A DNA stretch of 64,000 nucleotides from the human T2T-CHM13v2.0 reference genome, Homo sapiens. Location of the stretch: NCBI RefSeq assembly GCF_009914755.1, contig NC_060928.1; one strand, 5' to 3'. A program made the position numbers and the translations under genes. Below, piece after piece: positions 1-12,963 of the stretch (its first letter is position 1; every line of letters begins with the position of its first letter). The notes beneath the pieces were generated by a model. The model searched no databases. It was not told the origin of the DNA and saw only the letters and a list, made by a program, of their open reading frames with translations.

Positions 1-122
1 GCACAACCTGCAAGGCTGAGCAGGTAGAGTGAGCCCAGTGGGCCCAAGCAAGGCCGGATAGAGGCAGTGGTGGCTACAGAGATTTCCAGCTGACAAAGCA
101 GCACTCATGAAATCCTGTAACA
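1..122 (+). mobile_element. 3' end of ERV1-class LTR (MER52-like), cut by window start
   Basis: Ends ...GGCTACAGAGATTTCCAGCTGACAAAGCAGCACTCATGAAATCCTGTAACA, resembling the recalled MER52 3' terminus; terminal CA. Confidence 0.6.
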
Positions 123-1639
123 CTAGAGCCACACCCAAGTATGGACCAATATCAGGGTGGTAATTCTTCAAGATTAATATTCTGTTACAGGAATCACCAA
201 GTCAAGTGGTACGGTCTACTGGCAGACAATCAAGTGCAGAATTTTCTCAGTTTGGTCATCCCAAATAATTAAGTCTAAATTCTGGAAGCCCAGGAGTGCA
301 ACTTGGTGGATGGAATTAGGGCAAGTCAAGAGAACCTATTAAAAAGGAATTAAATTGAAGTAATAATTAAATCAAATTGTGGGCAACAGTCCTGCTTTTT
401 TCCCTGCAATGTTATAGGATGTTTAGTTCTTCCCCTGAATAAATTATTCAAGGCCATATTCACCTTGAGCCCTCTTGCCTTTCTTTTCAAAATCTCCATA
501 TTCTACTATAGTTCCAACAAATGGAAACCAGTATTACATTTTACATATTTTTAAGAGTTATTATGGCAGATTGAAATGAGCACAAGCTTTTGAGTTGGAG
601 TCGGCCATGTTAAGTTTGTGTTGCAAGTTATACATAAAGGTGGAGTTATCCAGAAAGAAGTTAAAAATGTGGGACTGGAGATGGTGGTAGAAGTTAGGAT
701 TGAAAATCTTAGAGGCAGGGGTTGAAACTGTAAAAATGAAAGAGGCCTGGTGGTGGGGGTAGAGTGTAGGATATAGAATAGTATGGAACACACATGTTTG
801 AACCTAGATGAAAAGCTCCATTTAAAAATAGCTAGAGAAATGAAGCATGAAAATTAGCCTCTGAAGAAGTAGGAAAGGCAGGAGAAAAACAACATAACCC
901 AGAAAACCCTAGCAGTACCAGAAGTAAATGGTTTAAAAAAATATTGCATTATGGAGATGTGAGCTATAGAAAGACTATTGAGGAGGTTGGAGAAACTACT
1001 ACTGAATCTGGCATTCAGGAGCTTATTGGTGATTCTCAAGGGAGGAAGATTTAAGGTATGACTAATTAGTAATTAAAAATTCCACCCCTGCTCAAGAACA
1101 GTAAATAGAGTTTTGTTTTGTTTTTAAATTTGAGATGTTTGAGTACATTTATAGGTCAAGGAGGATTCACAGAAAGGGGAAGAATGATGATGCAAACAAA
1201 TGAAAAAAAGATGATGGATTCAAGAATTCAGAATGAGAAATTTTCTTGCAAGAGAGAAGGAGGAATATCCAAAGAAAATTTTAGTTTGCAAACTGAGGTG
1301 CTTATTTTGATATGATCTTTTTCTTCCTAGTGAAAATAAGAAGCTAGGAAGTTCTAATGAAGAGAAGGGGAGGTCATTTCAACAGCTATTAACAATTTTA
1401 AAATCTGTTTTATTTTTTCTTTAAGATTGGTGGAAGGCGTTTTAAGCTTTCATTTATAAAACGACTTGCCAAGATCACAAAGCTGGTATTAGAGCTGGCG
1501 CTAAGCAGTGTGGGGCTAGGGCTGGGAGTGATCATTGTATAGCAGTGAGTTTTTCTCTTCTTTTTATTTTCTTTTGTCTTTCTCATGTCTTTTTTCCTTC
1601 TTTCCTTTCTTCCCCCTTTCCTTCCCTTCTTATTTTCTT

Positions 1640-2030
1640 TTTTGAGTGGCTTTATTGAGGTACAATTATGAAATCACTCACTGTTTGTATAATTAGATGA
1701 TTTCTAGGAAGCTCATATAGCTGGGCAACCATCATTGCAATCTGGGTTTAGGTCATTCCTATTACTCCAAAAAGTTGCTGTGTGCCATTTGCAATCAGTT
1801 TCACTCCCAACCTCAGGCCCAGACAACCACAGATCGCTTTCTATCTCTATGGATTTGCTTTTTCTAAAAATTTCATTTAATGGAATCATAAAATATCTGA
1901 TCTTTTGCATCTGGCTTCTTTCTTTGCATTGTTTTTCAGGTTCATCATATAGCATGTATCAGTAGCTTTTTCCTTTTTCTTGCTGAATAATATTCTGTTG
2001 TATGGATCGACATTTTGTTTCTCCATTTCT
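1640..2030 (-). mobile_element. Old L1M 3' fragment
   Basis: Motifs TTTATTGAGGTACAATT...GGAATCATAAAATAT...GGCTTCTTTC...TTGCTGAATAATATTC typical of antisense L1M 3' ends. Confidence 0.6.
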
Positions 2031-2633
2031 TCCAGCAACATGAGTGTGTTCATTTCACAGGAACTGGCATCCTCTTCAAAAGAAATTAATAGATGATTCA
2101 ATTGTGAAATATTTTCATAATTTCTGCTTTAGTTGACCTATAATTTCTTCCTTACACAATAGCCAAGATATTCTCATTTATATTATGAGGAGTGTATTAT
2201 AAACATTTTTTTCTAAACTCATGCAATTCTTGAATACAAACTTCACAAATCCACTATTAAAGCCCTCCTAGTTTTTGGTGGAGAATAAAAGATAATGAGT
2301 TTCTCTGACATGCTTAATACTTCCTTCTGGAAATGAAGATTAGTTGATATTAACTGAACCAAGTAAACCAATTAAGATGATGATGATATGATTAAAACCC
2401 TTAACTGTATTTTACTTTTTACAAACTTTTATATCATTTCAGTCAATTCTTTTAACAGGCCCATTGTGGTATGCAGGAGTGGTATTTGAATCCTCATTAC
2501 AGGTAATGAAACAGATTAAGAGAAGTTAAGAGCTAAAATCTCATAGGGCTGAAACTCAAACCTAAGTGCCCCGGTGCTGTTTATATTCCACCCACACACT
2601 ATTCCATTCCCCATGTGTCTTGTCTTATTCTAG

Positions 2634-2638
<5 letters not shown>

Positions 2639-2679
<41 letters not shown>
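2639..2679. repeat. (TG)n microsatellite
   Basis: About 20 TG units seen directly. Confidence 0.97.
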
Positions 2680-2682
<3 letters not shown>

Positions 2683-2689
2683 CATGTGC

Positions 2690-2849
2690 CTGTGGAGCCC
2701 AGTGCCAAATGAATATATGGGGCACCTTGTTAAAAATTATTGAGTATTTCAAGATGGCGACAGCAGAGTCTTAAACCAAATACAGGGCCCTTGTGAGCAC
2801 AGGGTCCTCTTGGGCCACACAGGTTGTGTGCCCATGAAGCTGGCCATGA
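2690..2849 (-). mobile_element. MER45A-like hAT DNA transposon relic
   Basis: TTTCAAGATGGCGACAGCAGAG...TTAAACCAA...CCCATGAAGCTGGCCATG matches the reverse complement of recalled MER45A. Confidence 0.7.
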
Positions 2850-3666
2850 GCTTGTGAAAGAATGCCCTATTCAGGAAACTACTGGTAAGATTGGAGTGTC
2901 AGATGTGGAAGTAGAGAAGCAAGGCAGAGTTACTGCTCCCATCTATTTACTCTGAGATGGGAGTAGTAATATATAGAAGCCAGGCCACTAAAATTTTATG
3001 TTCCATGCTACTATTTTTAATGTATTCCAAAGGCAGAGAAAGTCACCTAATAATTTTAACTGAAAGAATTGCAATCACATTTATATTTTAGAAAAAAATC
3101 AATCTGATCTATATTTCAAGGACGGATTTTCAGGTGTGAAAATGAAAAGAGGAATATAAATTTGGGGAGAAATATCAGTATTCCAGGTTAGAGGAGAAGA
3201 GGGCCTCAAGGCAGTGGAATTTGAAATGCTGAAGAGGGGGTGACGTGGGGGATCCTGCTCCTTGCCTTTGAATGCCTTGACAGCCAGAAGCACTCTGGCA
3301 CCTCATTGTGCCTCAGTCTGGAAAGTCCCTCCAGAGAGCAAGCTGGGGGCTGATGGTCAGGCTGACCACATTTGCATCCCTCCATTAGGAAGCATGGTGG
3401 TGGGCTGCCAATGTCTAAAAACAATCACTTCATGTATTTTTCCCAGTTTGAATTTCTTTTAGTTGTTGAAGGGCAAGTCCAGTAACAGTTTATTCATTAT
3501 GGTTGAGTGGAAAACTGTGGTTTATTTTTAAATTTAGTAATTCAGTAGCTTCATCTGAGATAGTATTGCCCCCGGTGGGTTAGTTCTCCGACATCCTGGG
3601 AGTCATTTCTGGAGGGTGGTGGAATAAGAAAGCATTTTTAAAATATTAAATTAGGTATCAACTACC

Positions 3667-3668
3667 TT

Positions 3669-3710
<42 letters not shown>

Positions 3711-3743
3711 ACACACACACACACACGCACGCACACACACACA
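3667..3743. repeat. Compound (TC)n(CA)n microsatellite
   Basis: Seen directly. Confidence 0.95.
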
Positions 3744-5331
3744 TTCTTGAATGCTTTATAGAATGGGAGAAAAAGGCTCAGAACTACAGATTCATTCACA
3801 TAATGTGAAGCCTATTTAAGTATACTCATGAATGTGTCACACATTTGAACTTCATCTTTTATGTGTAGCAACAGCAGATGTTGAAAGTATAACCCCAACG
3901 CAGACAGACATTATGGTAAAGCTTTCAATGGGATAGGGAGTAGAGATTTACTGTCATCACTAAACATGCAATTGATTTCACCATTCATGTGAAGTGCTAA
4001 ATGAGATTAATTTGTTAGTCAACTGGAGCCCTGTGTGAACTTTAGTATATGTCAGTAGTCTCTTGGGAAAGGATGTTCCACCTTATGATTAGGAAGAGAA
4101 GACTCAGGTTAGGTTTAGGGGATCAGAAATTGTGGGTGGGAAGAGAGAATGATCTGTCTCTGAGATCATGGCTCACTGCTCTGGTAATTCAGAAGGAGCG
4201 AGCTGCAAACAAAGGCCATCTAAGGCTAAGAGAGAATTACAAATCAGTTGTATTGCCAGAGAGGTGGTCTCTGCTATGCTATCCGTTTATACTTGGGATT
4301 AGTGAGAACTCCCAACTTCTTGCAGTTATCTGATGAAACAAATGACACTTGCTATAGTACAAAGTCATTTTCTCATGAGTATCATGTACAGCTTCTACGG
4401 AAACCACGCAGTTTTGCAATGGTAGGAAAGTAAATGTTTATTTGGGCTTGGCATAGAACTAGATACCAAATTTTCTGTTTCTCAAGAGTGTTTTTCTTTG
4501 AAAGAACTCTCCCCGTCTTTCCTTTTTTTCCCCTTTTTTTAGAGTCCTTTGGCCTCTGATCCCACAAAGGCATCAGTCTCCACTTCAATAACTTCTATCC
4601 TATAATTTAAGAAAGCTGACATTATTTGGAATTCTGAAATCAATACCTGCCCAGTCAGCATTGCCCCTTATAGAGATAACTGTCTGTATGATTCACACAG
4701 TAGAGAACGCATAAGCTTTAAATCAACCATCCTGCACTTGTTCAGCAATTCTATATCCTTGCACTAGTATTTAATTAGTTTATAGGAGCAAATCTATCAT
4801 GTATGTATGTTAACTATAATTAGGTATAGCATGAAGAAAAGTGTTGTTCTTAATAAATCTCTTTGCATTGCATTGTATTGTGAAACATTGATTTTTCAGA
4901 AGAAAATTATCTTCCAGGAAGAGAAAAAGGGTGACAAAACTCTAGATCTCCAGTTTCCAAATTCCACTACTTCTCTGCACCACAGTAGTTTGGCTATGAC
5001 TATTACTTTAGATCTTCAGGTTAAGCTTTCCAGGAGTGTTTTTTTTGCTTGTTTTTAGTAGTTAGAATATGATGCCATTATATAACTTTAGATGCTTTAA
5101 ATTGTGTTGTCTAAAAAATATTTACCAAATATTTACTGATGCTTACTATGTATAAACTATCATCCCAGGTGAAGGGGTTACCTGTAGTTTTTACAAATCA
5201 AAGCAAACTGTTGCTTTAAAAACAAATTATCTTTCTCTATGGAGCCTAATATGGCAAACAGACAATCTGGAGCAACCTAGACCCCACAGGGCTCCAATGC
5301 CTATGATTGTGTCTGATGCTGGCTTAGGTAC

Positions 5332-5821
5332 CGTACTAGTCAGAGTTCTCTAGAGAAACAGAACCAATGGAGGATCTGTTTCTATGTGTATGTGTGTACG
5401 TATGTATATCTAGATCTAGCTCTCTAGAATTATCTATCTATATAGACTATCTATTGAAAGAGATTTATTTTAAGAAATTGGCTCACAAAATTATGGAAGT
5501 TGGTGAGTCCAAAATCTGTGGAGTAGGCTGGCAGCCAAATGACCGAGGGAAGAGCAAATATTGCAGTTCAGTTCCAAAGGCTGTCTGCTGGCAGAATTCA
5601 CTCTTGTCTGGGGAAGGTCACTCTTTGTTCTGTGAAGGCATGCAACTGGTTAGATGAGGCCCACCTGCATTATAGAGGGCAATCTGCTTTACTCAAAGTC
5701 TGTCAATTTAAATGTTGATCTCATCCAAAAAAATGCCCTCACAGAAAATCCAAGATAATGTTTGACCAAATATCTGGGCACTGTGGCCCAGTCAAGTTGA
5801 CACACAAAATTACCCATCTCA
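5332..5821 (-). mobile_element. MLT2 (ERVL) solo LTR
   Basis: Ends GGCCCAGTCAAGTTGACACACAAAATTACCCATCTCA (reverse complement of MLT2 start); begins GTACTAGTCAGAGTTCTCTAGAGAAACAGAACCAAT; 5-bp flanks GGTAC/GGTAG. Confidence 0.85.
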
Positions 5822-5920
5822 GGTAGCATATTTTCCATAAAGATAATAATGACAAATACTATATAGTACTTATTAACATGATAGGCACTGTTTTAAACAC
5901 TTCACATGTTAACTGATTTA

Positions 5921-6576
5921 TTTATTTATTTATTTATTTTTTCTGTTTCTTTAAACTTTTATTTTGGCTTTAGAGGTACGTATGCAGGTTTGTTATGTAG
6001 GTAAACTTGTGTCACAGGGGTTTGTTGTACACATTATTTTGTCACTCAGGTATTAAGCCTAGTACCCAAGAGTTATCTTTTCTCCTCCTCTCCCTCCTTC
6101 CACCCTCCACCCTCAAGTAGACACCAGTGTGTGTTCTTTTCTATGTGTCCATGTGTTGTCATCATTTAGTTCCCACTTATAAGTGAGAACATGCGGTATT
6201 TGGTTTTCTGTCCCTGCATTACTATGCTAAGGATAATGGCCTCTAGCTCCATCCATGTTCCTGCAAAGGACATGATCTCATTGTTTTTATGGCTGCATCG
6301 TATTCCATGGTGTTTATGTAACAAATTTTCATTATCCAGTCTGCCATTGATGAGTGTTTAGGTTGGTTCCATACCTTTGCCTTTGTGAATAGTGTGATAG
6401 AATGATTTATATTCCTTTGGGTATATACCTAATAATGGGATTTCTGGGTTGAATGGTAGCTCTGTTTTTAGCTCTTTGAGGAATCACCACATTGCTGTCC
6501 ACAATGGCTGAATTAATTTACACTCCCACCAACAGTGTATAAGCATCTCCTTTTCTCTGCAACCTTGCCAGCATCT
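5921..6576 (-). mobile_element. 5'-truncated older primate L1 3' end (late L1PA/L1PB type)
   Basis: (TTTA)n decayed tail, L1 3'UTR and ORF2 C-terminal motifs (CCCACTTATAAGTGAGAACATGCGG, TTTACACTCCCACCAACAGTGTA); TSD 5906-5920 / 6813-6827. Confidence 0.9.
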
Positions 6577-6812
6577 CCTTCCACTCTTTATTTTTCCTTT
6601 TCCTCTGCAGGGATGGAAGCTTACTTATGCCAGGTGGCTGATGGCCAAGGCCAAACCCAAAGACCACTGCAGCCCAGTCCTCAGGAAATGAAGTCCATCT
6701 CTGCAGCACTGGAGGAGGGTAAGAGAAGCAGTTGGTGGGCGCCGTTTATTCTGGTCCCAGTCCCGGAAGGGCCACAAACCATGGTTGCTCCAGGTAGCAG
6801 GCACAGCCCCCT
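6577..6812 (+). other. Non-L1 segment captured inside the L1 TSD; contains exon-like cassette 6611-6718
   Basis: Polypyrimidine tract + CAG ending 6610, 108-nt open cassette, GG/GTAAGA donor at 6719; lies between the L1 junction and the second TSD copy. Confidence 0.6.
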
Positions 6813-7399
6813 ATGTAAACTAATTTAATTTTCACTATAATCCTTTAAGAGACTATTATTATTCTCATTTTACAGGTGAGAACACTGATGCAGGTAGAGA
6901 TTAATAACTATGGTCAATCCATAGCTAGGATGTGGCAGAACAAGGCAGTTGTGTTTATAACCATTATGCTATATTGCAGGGTTAAAAAAAAGATTGTGTA
7001 GAGTCTATTTTTTATTTTTTAATTACAGAAGACTTCTCCAATCAAGCAACGAGAAGGCATACCTGGCATCCTTCTCTGCTCAGAGAACATGCTGTTAGGT
7101 CTACTCAGTAAACATTTCCTACCAATGACTTAGCTGATACAAAATATCAATTTCAAACTTCCTCTGACACACATACTACTATCCCTGAAACTATTTTCAC
7201 AAAGAAAAATTATTTCACATCCTCAACTGAAATTTTATCAATTTTCATTTTTATTATTTTATCACAGTCTATATTAAGCCTAATAAAAATAAATATTTGG
7301 ATAATATTTATTCATTCATCCATTTAAGACTTCAGTGAAAATTTACTGAATATCTCTTACGTGTCAGACACATTAACCTATGGTCAAGTGCTTTATTTA

Positions 7400-7712
7400 A
7401 GCAGTTTGGGAGGCCAAGGCAGGAGAATTGCTTGAGCCCAGGAGTTGGAGACCAGCCTGGGCAGCAAAGTGAGACCTCATCTCTAAAAACAAACAAACAA
7501 AAAAATTACCCACGTGTGTTGGCATGTGCCTGTGGTCCCAGCTACATGAAGCTGAGGCAAGAGGATCGCTTGAGCCTGGGAGGTTGAGGCTGCAGTGAGT
7601 GAGCCACGATCACACCACTGACTCCAACCAGGGGGACAGAGAGAGACCCTGTCCCAAATAAATAAACAAATAAAAAGTAAATAAATGAATGAATGAATAA
7701 ATAAATACATAA
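7400..7712 (+). mobile_element. AluJ-type SINE, slightly 5'-truncated
   Basis: Two Alu arms, GAGGATCGCTTGAGCCTGGGAGG, (TAAA)n/(TGAA)n tail. Confidence 0.9.
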
Positions 7713-8163
7713 ATAATCTCATTGAGTTCTTGACATCAATTCTATGAGATAGGTTGTTTTTAAGTAAACTATCAGTCAGGGGCCAGTTAGAAACCACACT
7801 AGGTTTTTAAATAGAGGGGATTTAATATAGGGAATTAGTTAAGCAGACATTGGAATCTGAAAAGCAAATAAAAAGATGACTGAGGTAACCCAGAGAAGGG
7901 ATTACCATAACCTAAAATCTTAGAGGAGGAGCTCTACAGAAGCAGGACTCAGACCCCTAGGGACTGAAGAAGCTAGAAGCTTGAATCAAGGCTGCTGTTG
8001 GGCAGAGCTGTTTTCAGGGTGACCTGACAAGAACAGCATGCAAACACAAAGGCCTAAGGCACTTTTACCTCCAGCCTTCCAGTCTTATTTTGTGCCCCCA
8101 TTAGTGGATCCTGTCAAGAAATTGCCATTTCTTGATAGGATGCGCTAACAAATAGGAGGGAGG

Positions 8164-8515
8164 GACCAGCTACAGTGGCTCATGCCTGCAATACTAGCAC
8201 CTTGGGAGGCCGAGGTGGGCTGATCACATGAGCCCAGTTCAAGACCAGCTTGGGCAACATGATGAAACCCCATCTCTACAAAAAATATAAAAATTAGATC
8301 AGCTTGCTAGTGCGCAACTGTAGTCCCAACCACTTGGGGAGCTAAGGTGGGAGGATCTCCTCAGCCCAGGAGGTCAAGGCTGCAGGGAGCCGTGATTGAG
8401 CCACTGCACTCCAGCCTGGGTGACAAAGTGAGATCCTGTCTCAAAAATACAAAAACAAAAAAGCCACACACACAAAAATCCCCACCAAAAACAAAGAAAA
8501 AAAAAAAAGAAGAAT
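8164..8515 (+). mobile_element. AluJ-type SINE
   Basis: Dimeric Alu with long A-rich tail. Confidence 0.9.
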
Positions 8516-9019
8516 AGGAGGGAGGGTTTGGAGCTGAGAGACAACTTAATTATTGGCACATACATATTTTACAAGTGCTCGCAAGAACAGCCTTTCCTGA
8601 CATGGAGAACTATGATAAAAATATATTTAAAATAAGTCTTCAGAAATATTCTGTGATGAGTATGTAGAATTATTCAATGCAAATTTGTGTAATAGAAATA
8701 TTTCCCACCACTCTTTTTTATAACTAGACCGTATAATGTTGAAACAGCTATTTACTTTTGCAGAACATAATTTTCCTGTATCAATGTTTGGTTTTGATTT
8801 AAAACTTAGTCAAGGAGTTTAGTATCCAGGATATTTTAACACATTTAAAAGGCACTTTAGCTGATCTGAATGCCAAACTGGAGTAGGGCTATCTTCTTAA
8901 AGCTTGGTAAATGAGATAGATTAAGCAGTTTACGCTGGTGAGAGTTTAAACTGAGAGAGAGAGAGATTAATTTTTTAATTTTTGGTAGAGGCAGGGTCTC
9001 CCTATATTGCTCAGGCTTA

Positions 9020-10021
9020 TTTACATTTTAAAAGGTGGTTTACTTGAGAAACACATAAAAACATGAAAGAATACTTCATAGGCCACTTCACACAGTAAAA
9101 TAAGCAATGATAACATATCTGTTTTTGCAAGCATAAATATACATACTAAAAACAGTTGTGTGGGTGTAACAGTATGAGTAGATGAACCATATTTATAAAG
9201 AAACAGGGCAAAAAGGGAAATGAATAAATGCATGTCACTATGGTTGGTAATTGTGTGCACTCCACTTTATAACTGTGGTCATCTGAAGTACGGTGCTAAG
9301 CAACTGGAGCCTTTGACAAGATCTATCAAAAACTGTGATGGGTCACCACTGCATATGCTGTCGCCCAGAGAGCCAAGAAATTTTGTCTTTCACAAATGCA
9401 GATGTACAAAAAGGACATCTCTTCATTTATTGAGGGACTTTCGACATTTTGTATGTACACACACAAGTATACACAAGTCAACGTTGTGTGTACTTTTGTG
9501 GAGTCAAATTTGCATAAAGTAAATTAGAGCTCTCTAAAAATCTCTACACAATTTATACCTCCAATACTGGAAATGATGCCAAGAAAAAATACAGAGCACA
9601 GTGAATTGTCAAAAATAATGCTGACAATTTAAAATAGTGGGAAAAGCTAAAAAAAAGAAGAAAACAACAACAAAACAACTAAAAAAATCAACATATGAAA
9701 AAGTATGTTACAGGGATAGGTTATGGGAAATTGCACAGAGATACTCTATAAGAGATGGCCAGCTTTTACAATCATTAACTGCATTTTGAAGTCTCGCATT
9801 ACAATGAATAGCTGCTTTTTCTTTCTTTTAGGACATGGCTTTTCTTGGAGAATATGTTCATATTCATTTTCTATGTGGTGCTGCTCTTTTTAAAATTTAT
9901 CTGATTCCTGTGATTGTGATTTTGGGGATTTTAGACTTTAGGGATTTTGATCTTTTGGGATTTCAACATTTGGGATTGTGGTGTTCAGGATTGTGTCTTT
10001 TGAGATTATGATCCAAATCCC
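9020..10021. mobile_element. Ricksha-like (MULE/MuDR) DNA transposon fragment with one terminus
   Basis: Terminus GGGATTTTAGACTTTAGGGATTTTGATCTTTTGGGATTTCAACATTTGGGATT...ATTATGATCCAAATCCC matches the recalled Ricksha TIR with GGGATT sub-repeats; other terminus not found. Confidence 0.7.
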
Positions 10022-11189
10022 ATGAAAGGGATGCCCCTCCAGGTGTCAGCCTCCTTTGTGGGTACTTCTCCAGCTCCAGTGCTAGTTTATCTTCTTCTGG
10101 CCCCAACATCTGCCCATTTGGTCCCAGTCCACGACTAGTTCTTAAGGATCTCACAGACTCTTCTAAAAAGAAAGAAGACCATTATGTTTCTCTCAAGTCC
10201 TAACTGGGTTTATCCATGGCTAAATTTTGATCTAGCAGGGACCAGAGAGAAGACACTAATGATTACAATCCTAGAACAGCCCTCCACACAGGTCAGTGGT
10301 GTGGCATGAGGGGCACTGAAATATGCCCCCTCTGAGGGTCCCTCCTCAATTTGCTCATCTCTGAGCTGTAGTTCACTCCTGGCTGACCTCTAATTCCCTT
10401 TCCAAATTTGACATCGGGGTTAAATGATAAAGATGTAGATATTGTTTATAAATAGTCCTTATAAAAATGTATGTTGCCTGAGAAGGGACAGAGACTTCAG
10501 GAGTACTTACAAGCCAAAAATCGTGGTTCAATAATGTTCCTTTTGAGTCCCTGACACTGTATGAAATAATGACTTAGGGCAGGATTAGCCCAAGGTAATT
10601 TTGTCGCAATAAGGGAACATCGTTGGAACTTGCTGTTTTCTTATTGATGTTTTCAGGACTCATTACAAAATATCTTCTAATGCCAGTAAGAATCCTTTTA
10701 AAAGCAGGAAGCTGGATGGCTGCAGGCAAGGCAAATCAACTTTCAAGATCAACAGTCAATTCAAGACAGGTCCTAGTGCACAAAAATAACTACCTTAGAA
10801 CATAGTGATGTTTGGTACTTGAGATTATTGAGTCACGAACTACTTTTCTTGATTCCCTTGTGGGTTCCATTTTTTTCCCTCTCAGCTCTGCTTCCCAGGG
10901 ACTAATGTCTTCCATCACTATTAAAAGCAGTAGCTCTTCTGCCAGGGGCTACCAAGGCCACGACCTCTAATGCCACTCACTACTTTTGCTCATGGCTGCC
11001 ATGTCTGAAGCCAAGAACATTGATGTTGGTGTAAGGGTACAACCTTCTGAAGGTGCCAGCGCTCTCTCTGGCCACTGTTCAAACTTCTATCAGCAGTCCA
11101 GCAGCTGTGTTGTGCCTTCAGAGTTCGCAAAACAGGACTAATGCTTTCGTTTTTGTACCTCCCTCATGTGACCATTCAGAGAAATCTGT

Positions 11190-11345
11190 GCAATTCATTC
11201 AGTTATTCAACACATACTTACTGAGCACCTGCAATGTACACACTTTGTTCTAGGTTAGGGACATATCAGTGAGCAAAATAGATGAAGTCCTTGCTCTCAT
11301 AAAACCTACATTCTTCTGTGTGGTGGGGGAGATTATAGTAAACAT
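11190..11345 (-). mobile_element. L2 3' end fragment
   Basis: CATTCAGTTATTCAACACATACTTACTGAGCACCTGC...CAGTGAGCAAAATAGA typical L2 tail. Confidence 0.7.
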
Positions 11346-12147
11346 ATGACAAATATTGTACTCAATTTCAATTCCCCTCTCCCTTCAAAAACTTCCTCAT
11401 TGTTCTTGAATGAAACTTGTGAGTCTTGATGCTTTTTCCTCTAAAGAAAAAAAATGAGTTTTTCTCAGGATGTTCCTGGACCCCTGATATGAATAGACTA
11501 CTCATGATTGTTCACCCACTCTGAATCCTGGGGTAAACATGATATAAATTAAATTGTGACCCTTGCTATATAATGGACAAAGTGAGGGTTTGAAAGAAAA
11601 GAAACTCATGGATTATCTTCTAATTTGTAGAACACACAAACATCACCCAAGATAAAAATACAGATAAACTTGACAATTTAAAGGTGAAACAATTTTAATT
11701 TCTCAAATATAATCTATAACCTAGAGAAGACATTGCTGGTTGTTGCTCCAGCGACCTCAACTGTATGGTTTTAGAGCCTTCTTGGGGACATGTGGCAGAA
11801 TTGCCTTATATGTATAGTTTGAAATGGAGTCTTTCAAAGATATTTCCTGATAGAATATAACTGCTGTATTTAAAAGCCCTAGTTAATGAGACAGCCTCAC
11901 TTCATGTCACAGACATGTAAGAGAACATCTTCTAAAATAGAACTGTCTGAAGTAGAGCACACTTGTTGACAAGGTCAGCAGAACACAGGAAATAGTCTCT
12001 GTGAGATATCTTCAAGCCATCATACTAACCTTTACCAATACTTGCTTAGCTGCCACATACTTGCTCTGCTTGCCCTTGTGAGGGTTCAGAGTGAGATGTC
12101 TGCAACAGAGAAGAGTGTCTTGAAGGAACAGGCCTTTTGGTACCTGT

Positions 12148-12963
12148 TGACAGGGACAGGAGGCAGGGGAATTCTGGGCAGAAGAGGGCAGGTCCCTGGC
12201 GAGGACCTCACCCTCAAGCTAGAACCACAGCCCAAAGTGAGAACTTCACATCCCCGCTTTCCCACTTGAATGCTGCCTTTTCCAAAATCACCCATGGCCT
12301 ACCCTGCCCCCCATTCTGTGCCCATAAAATTCCCAGGCTTTGCTGGCAGAGGGAGAAGAAGAGAAGCAGCTGGATGCCAGAGACTACAGTTGGACCTCAA
12401 AGAGAAGCAGCTTGACTTCAAAGGAGCAGTTTGACGGCATTGCTTTGGAGAGGAGTCTGGCTAAGGACGGCTGGACTTTGGGGGAAGATTACCTTCCCAC
12501 TCTGTCTCCTTTTTAGCTCCCTTTTCCACTGAGAGCCACTTTCATTGGCAATAAAATCCCCTGCATTTACCATCTCCAATTTGTTCGTGTGACCTCTTTC
12601 CTCCAGGACGCTGGTCACGAACTCGGGTGCAGGTGCAAAAGGCTGTCACACTGACCCTCCACTGAGCTCTTAACACCTAAACCATCCAAGGATTGCGAAG
12701 CTAAAAGAGTACTGACTATAACACTCCTTCTGGGGCTTCAGGGGTCGTGGGCACCCTCCTAGATGCTGCTGCAGATCCAGCATGGAGTTAATTCCTGCTG
12801 GTGCCCAAAGCACTCGCCCCGGCTCCTGCACCCGCTCACCTGCATGCTCCCTCCCGCAGAGAGATTGAGTGCAGTGAGTTCGAGTGAATGCAGTTTGCCC
12901 CTGATGATGCCTGTGCACTCCAGTTCTTGCCTGCAAATGGGTCAGGGAAAATTTCCTGCTTCA
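12148..12963 (+). mobile_element. Complete ERV1 solo LTR (MER50-like)
   Basis: TG...CA termini, perfect 4-bp TSD CTGT (12144-12147, 12964-12967), internal AATAAA near 12550, start TGACAGGGACAGGAGGCAGGGGAATTCTGGGCAGAAGAGGGC. Confidence 0.88.

Larger units (their letters stand above)
5840..6980 (-). mobile_element. MIR split in two (about 5840-5920 and 6813-6980) by the L1-containing insertion
   Basis: GGCACTGTTTTAAACACTTCACATGTTAACTGATTTA continues as ...TATTATTCTCATTTTACAGGTGAGAACACTGA (MIR core) after the insertion. Confidence 0.7.
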
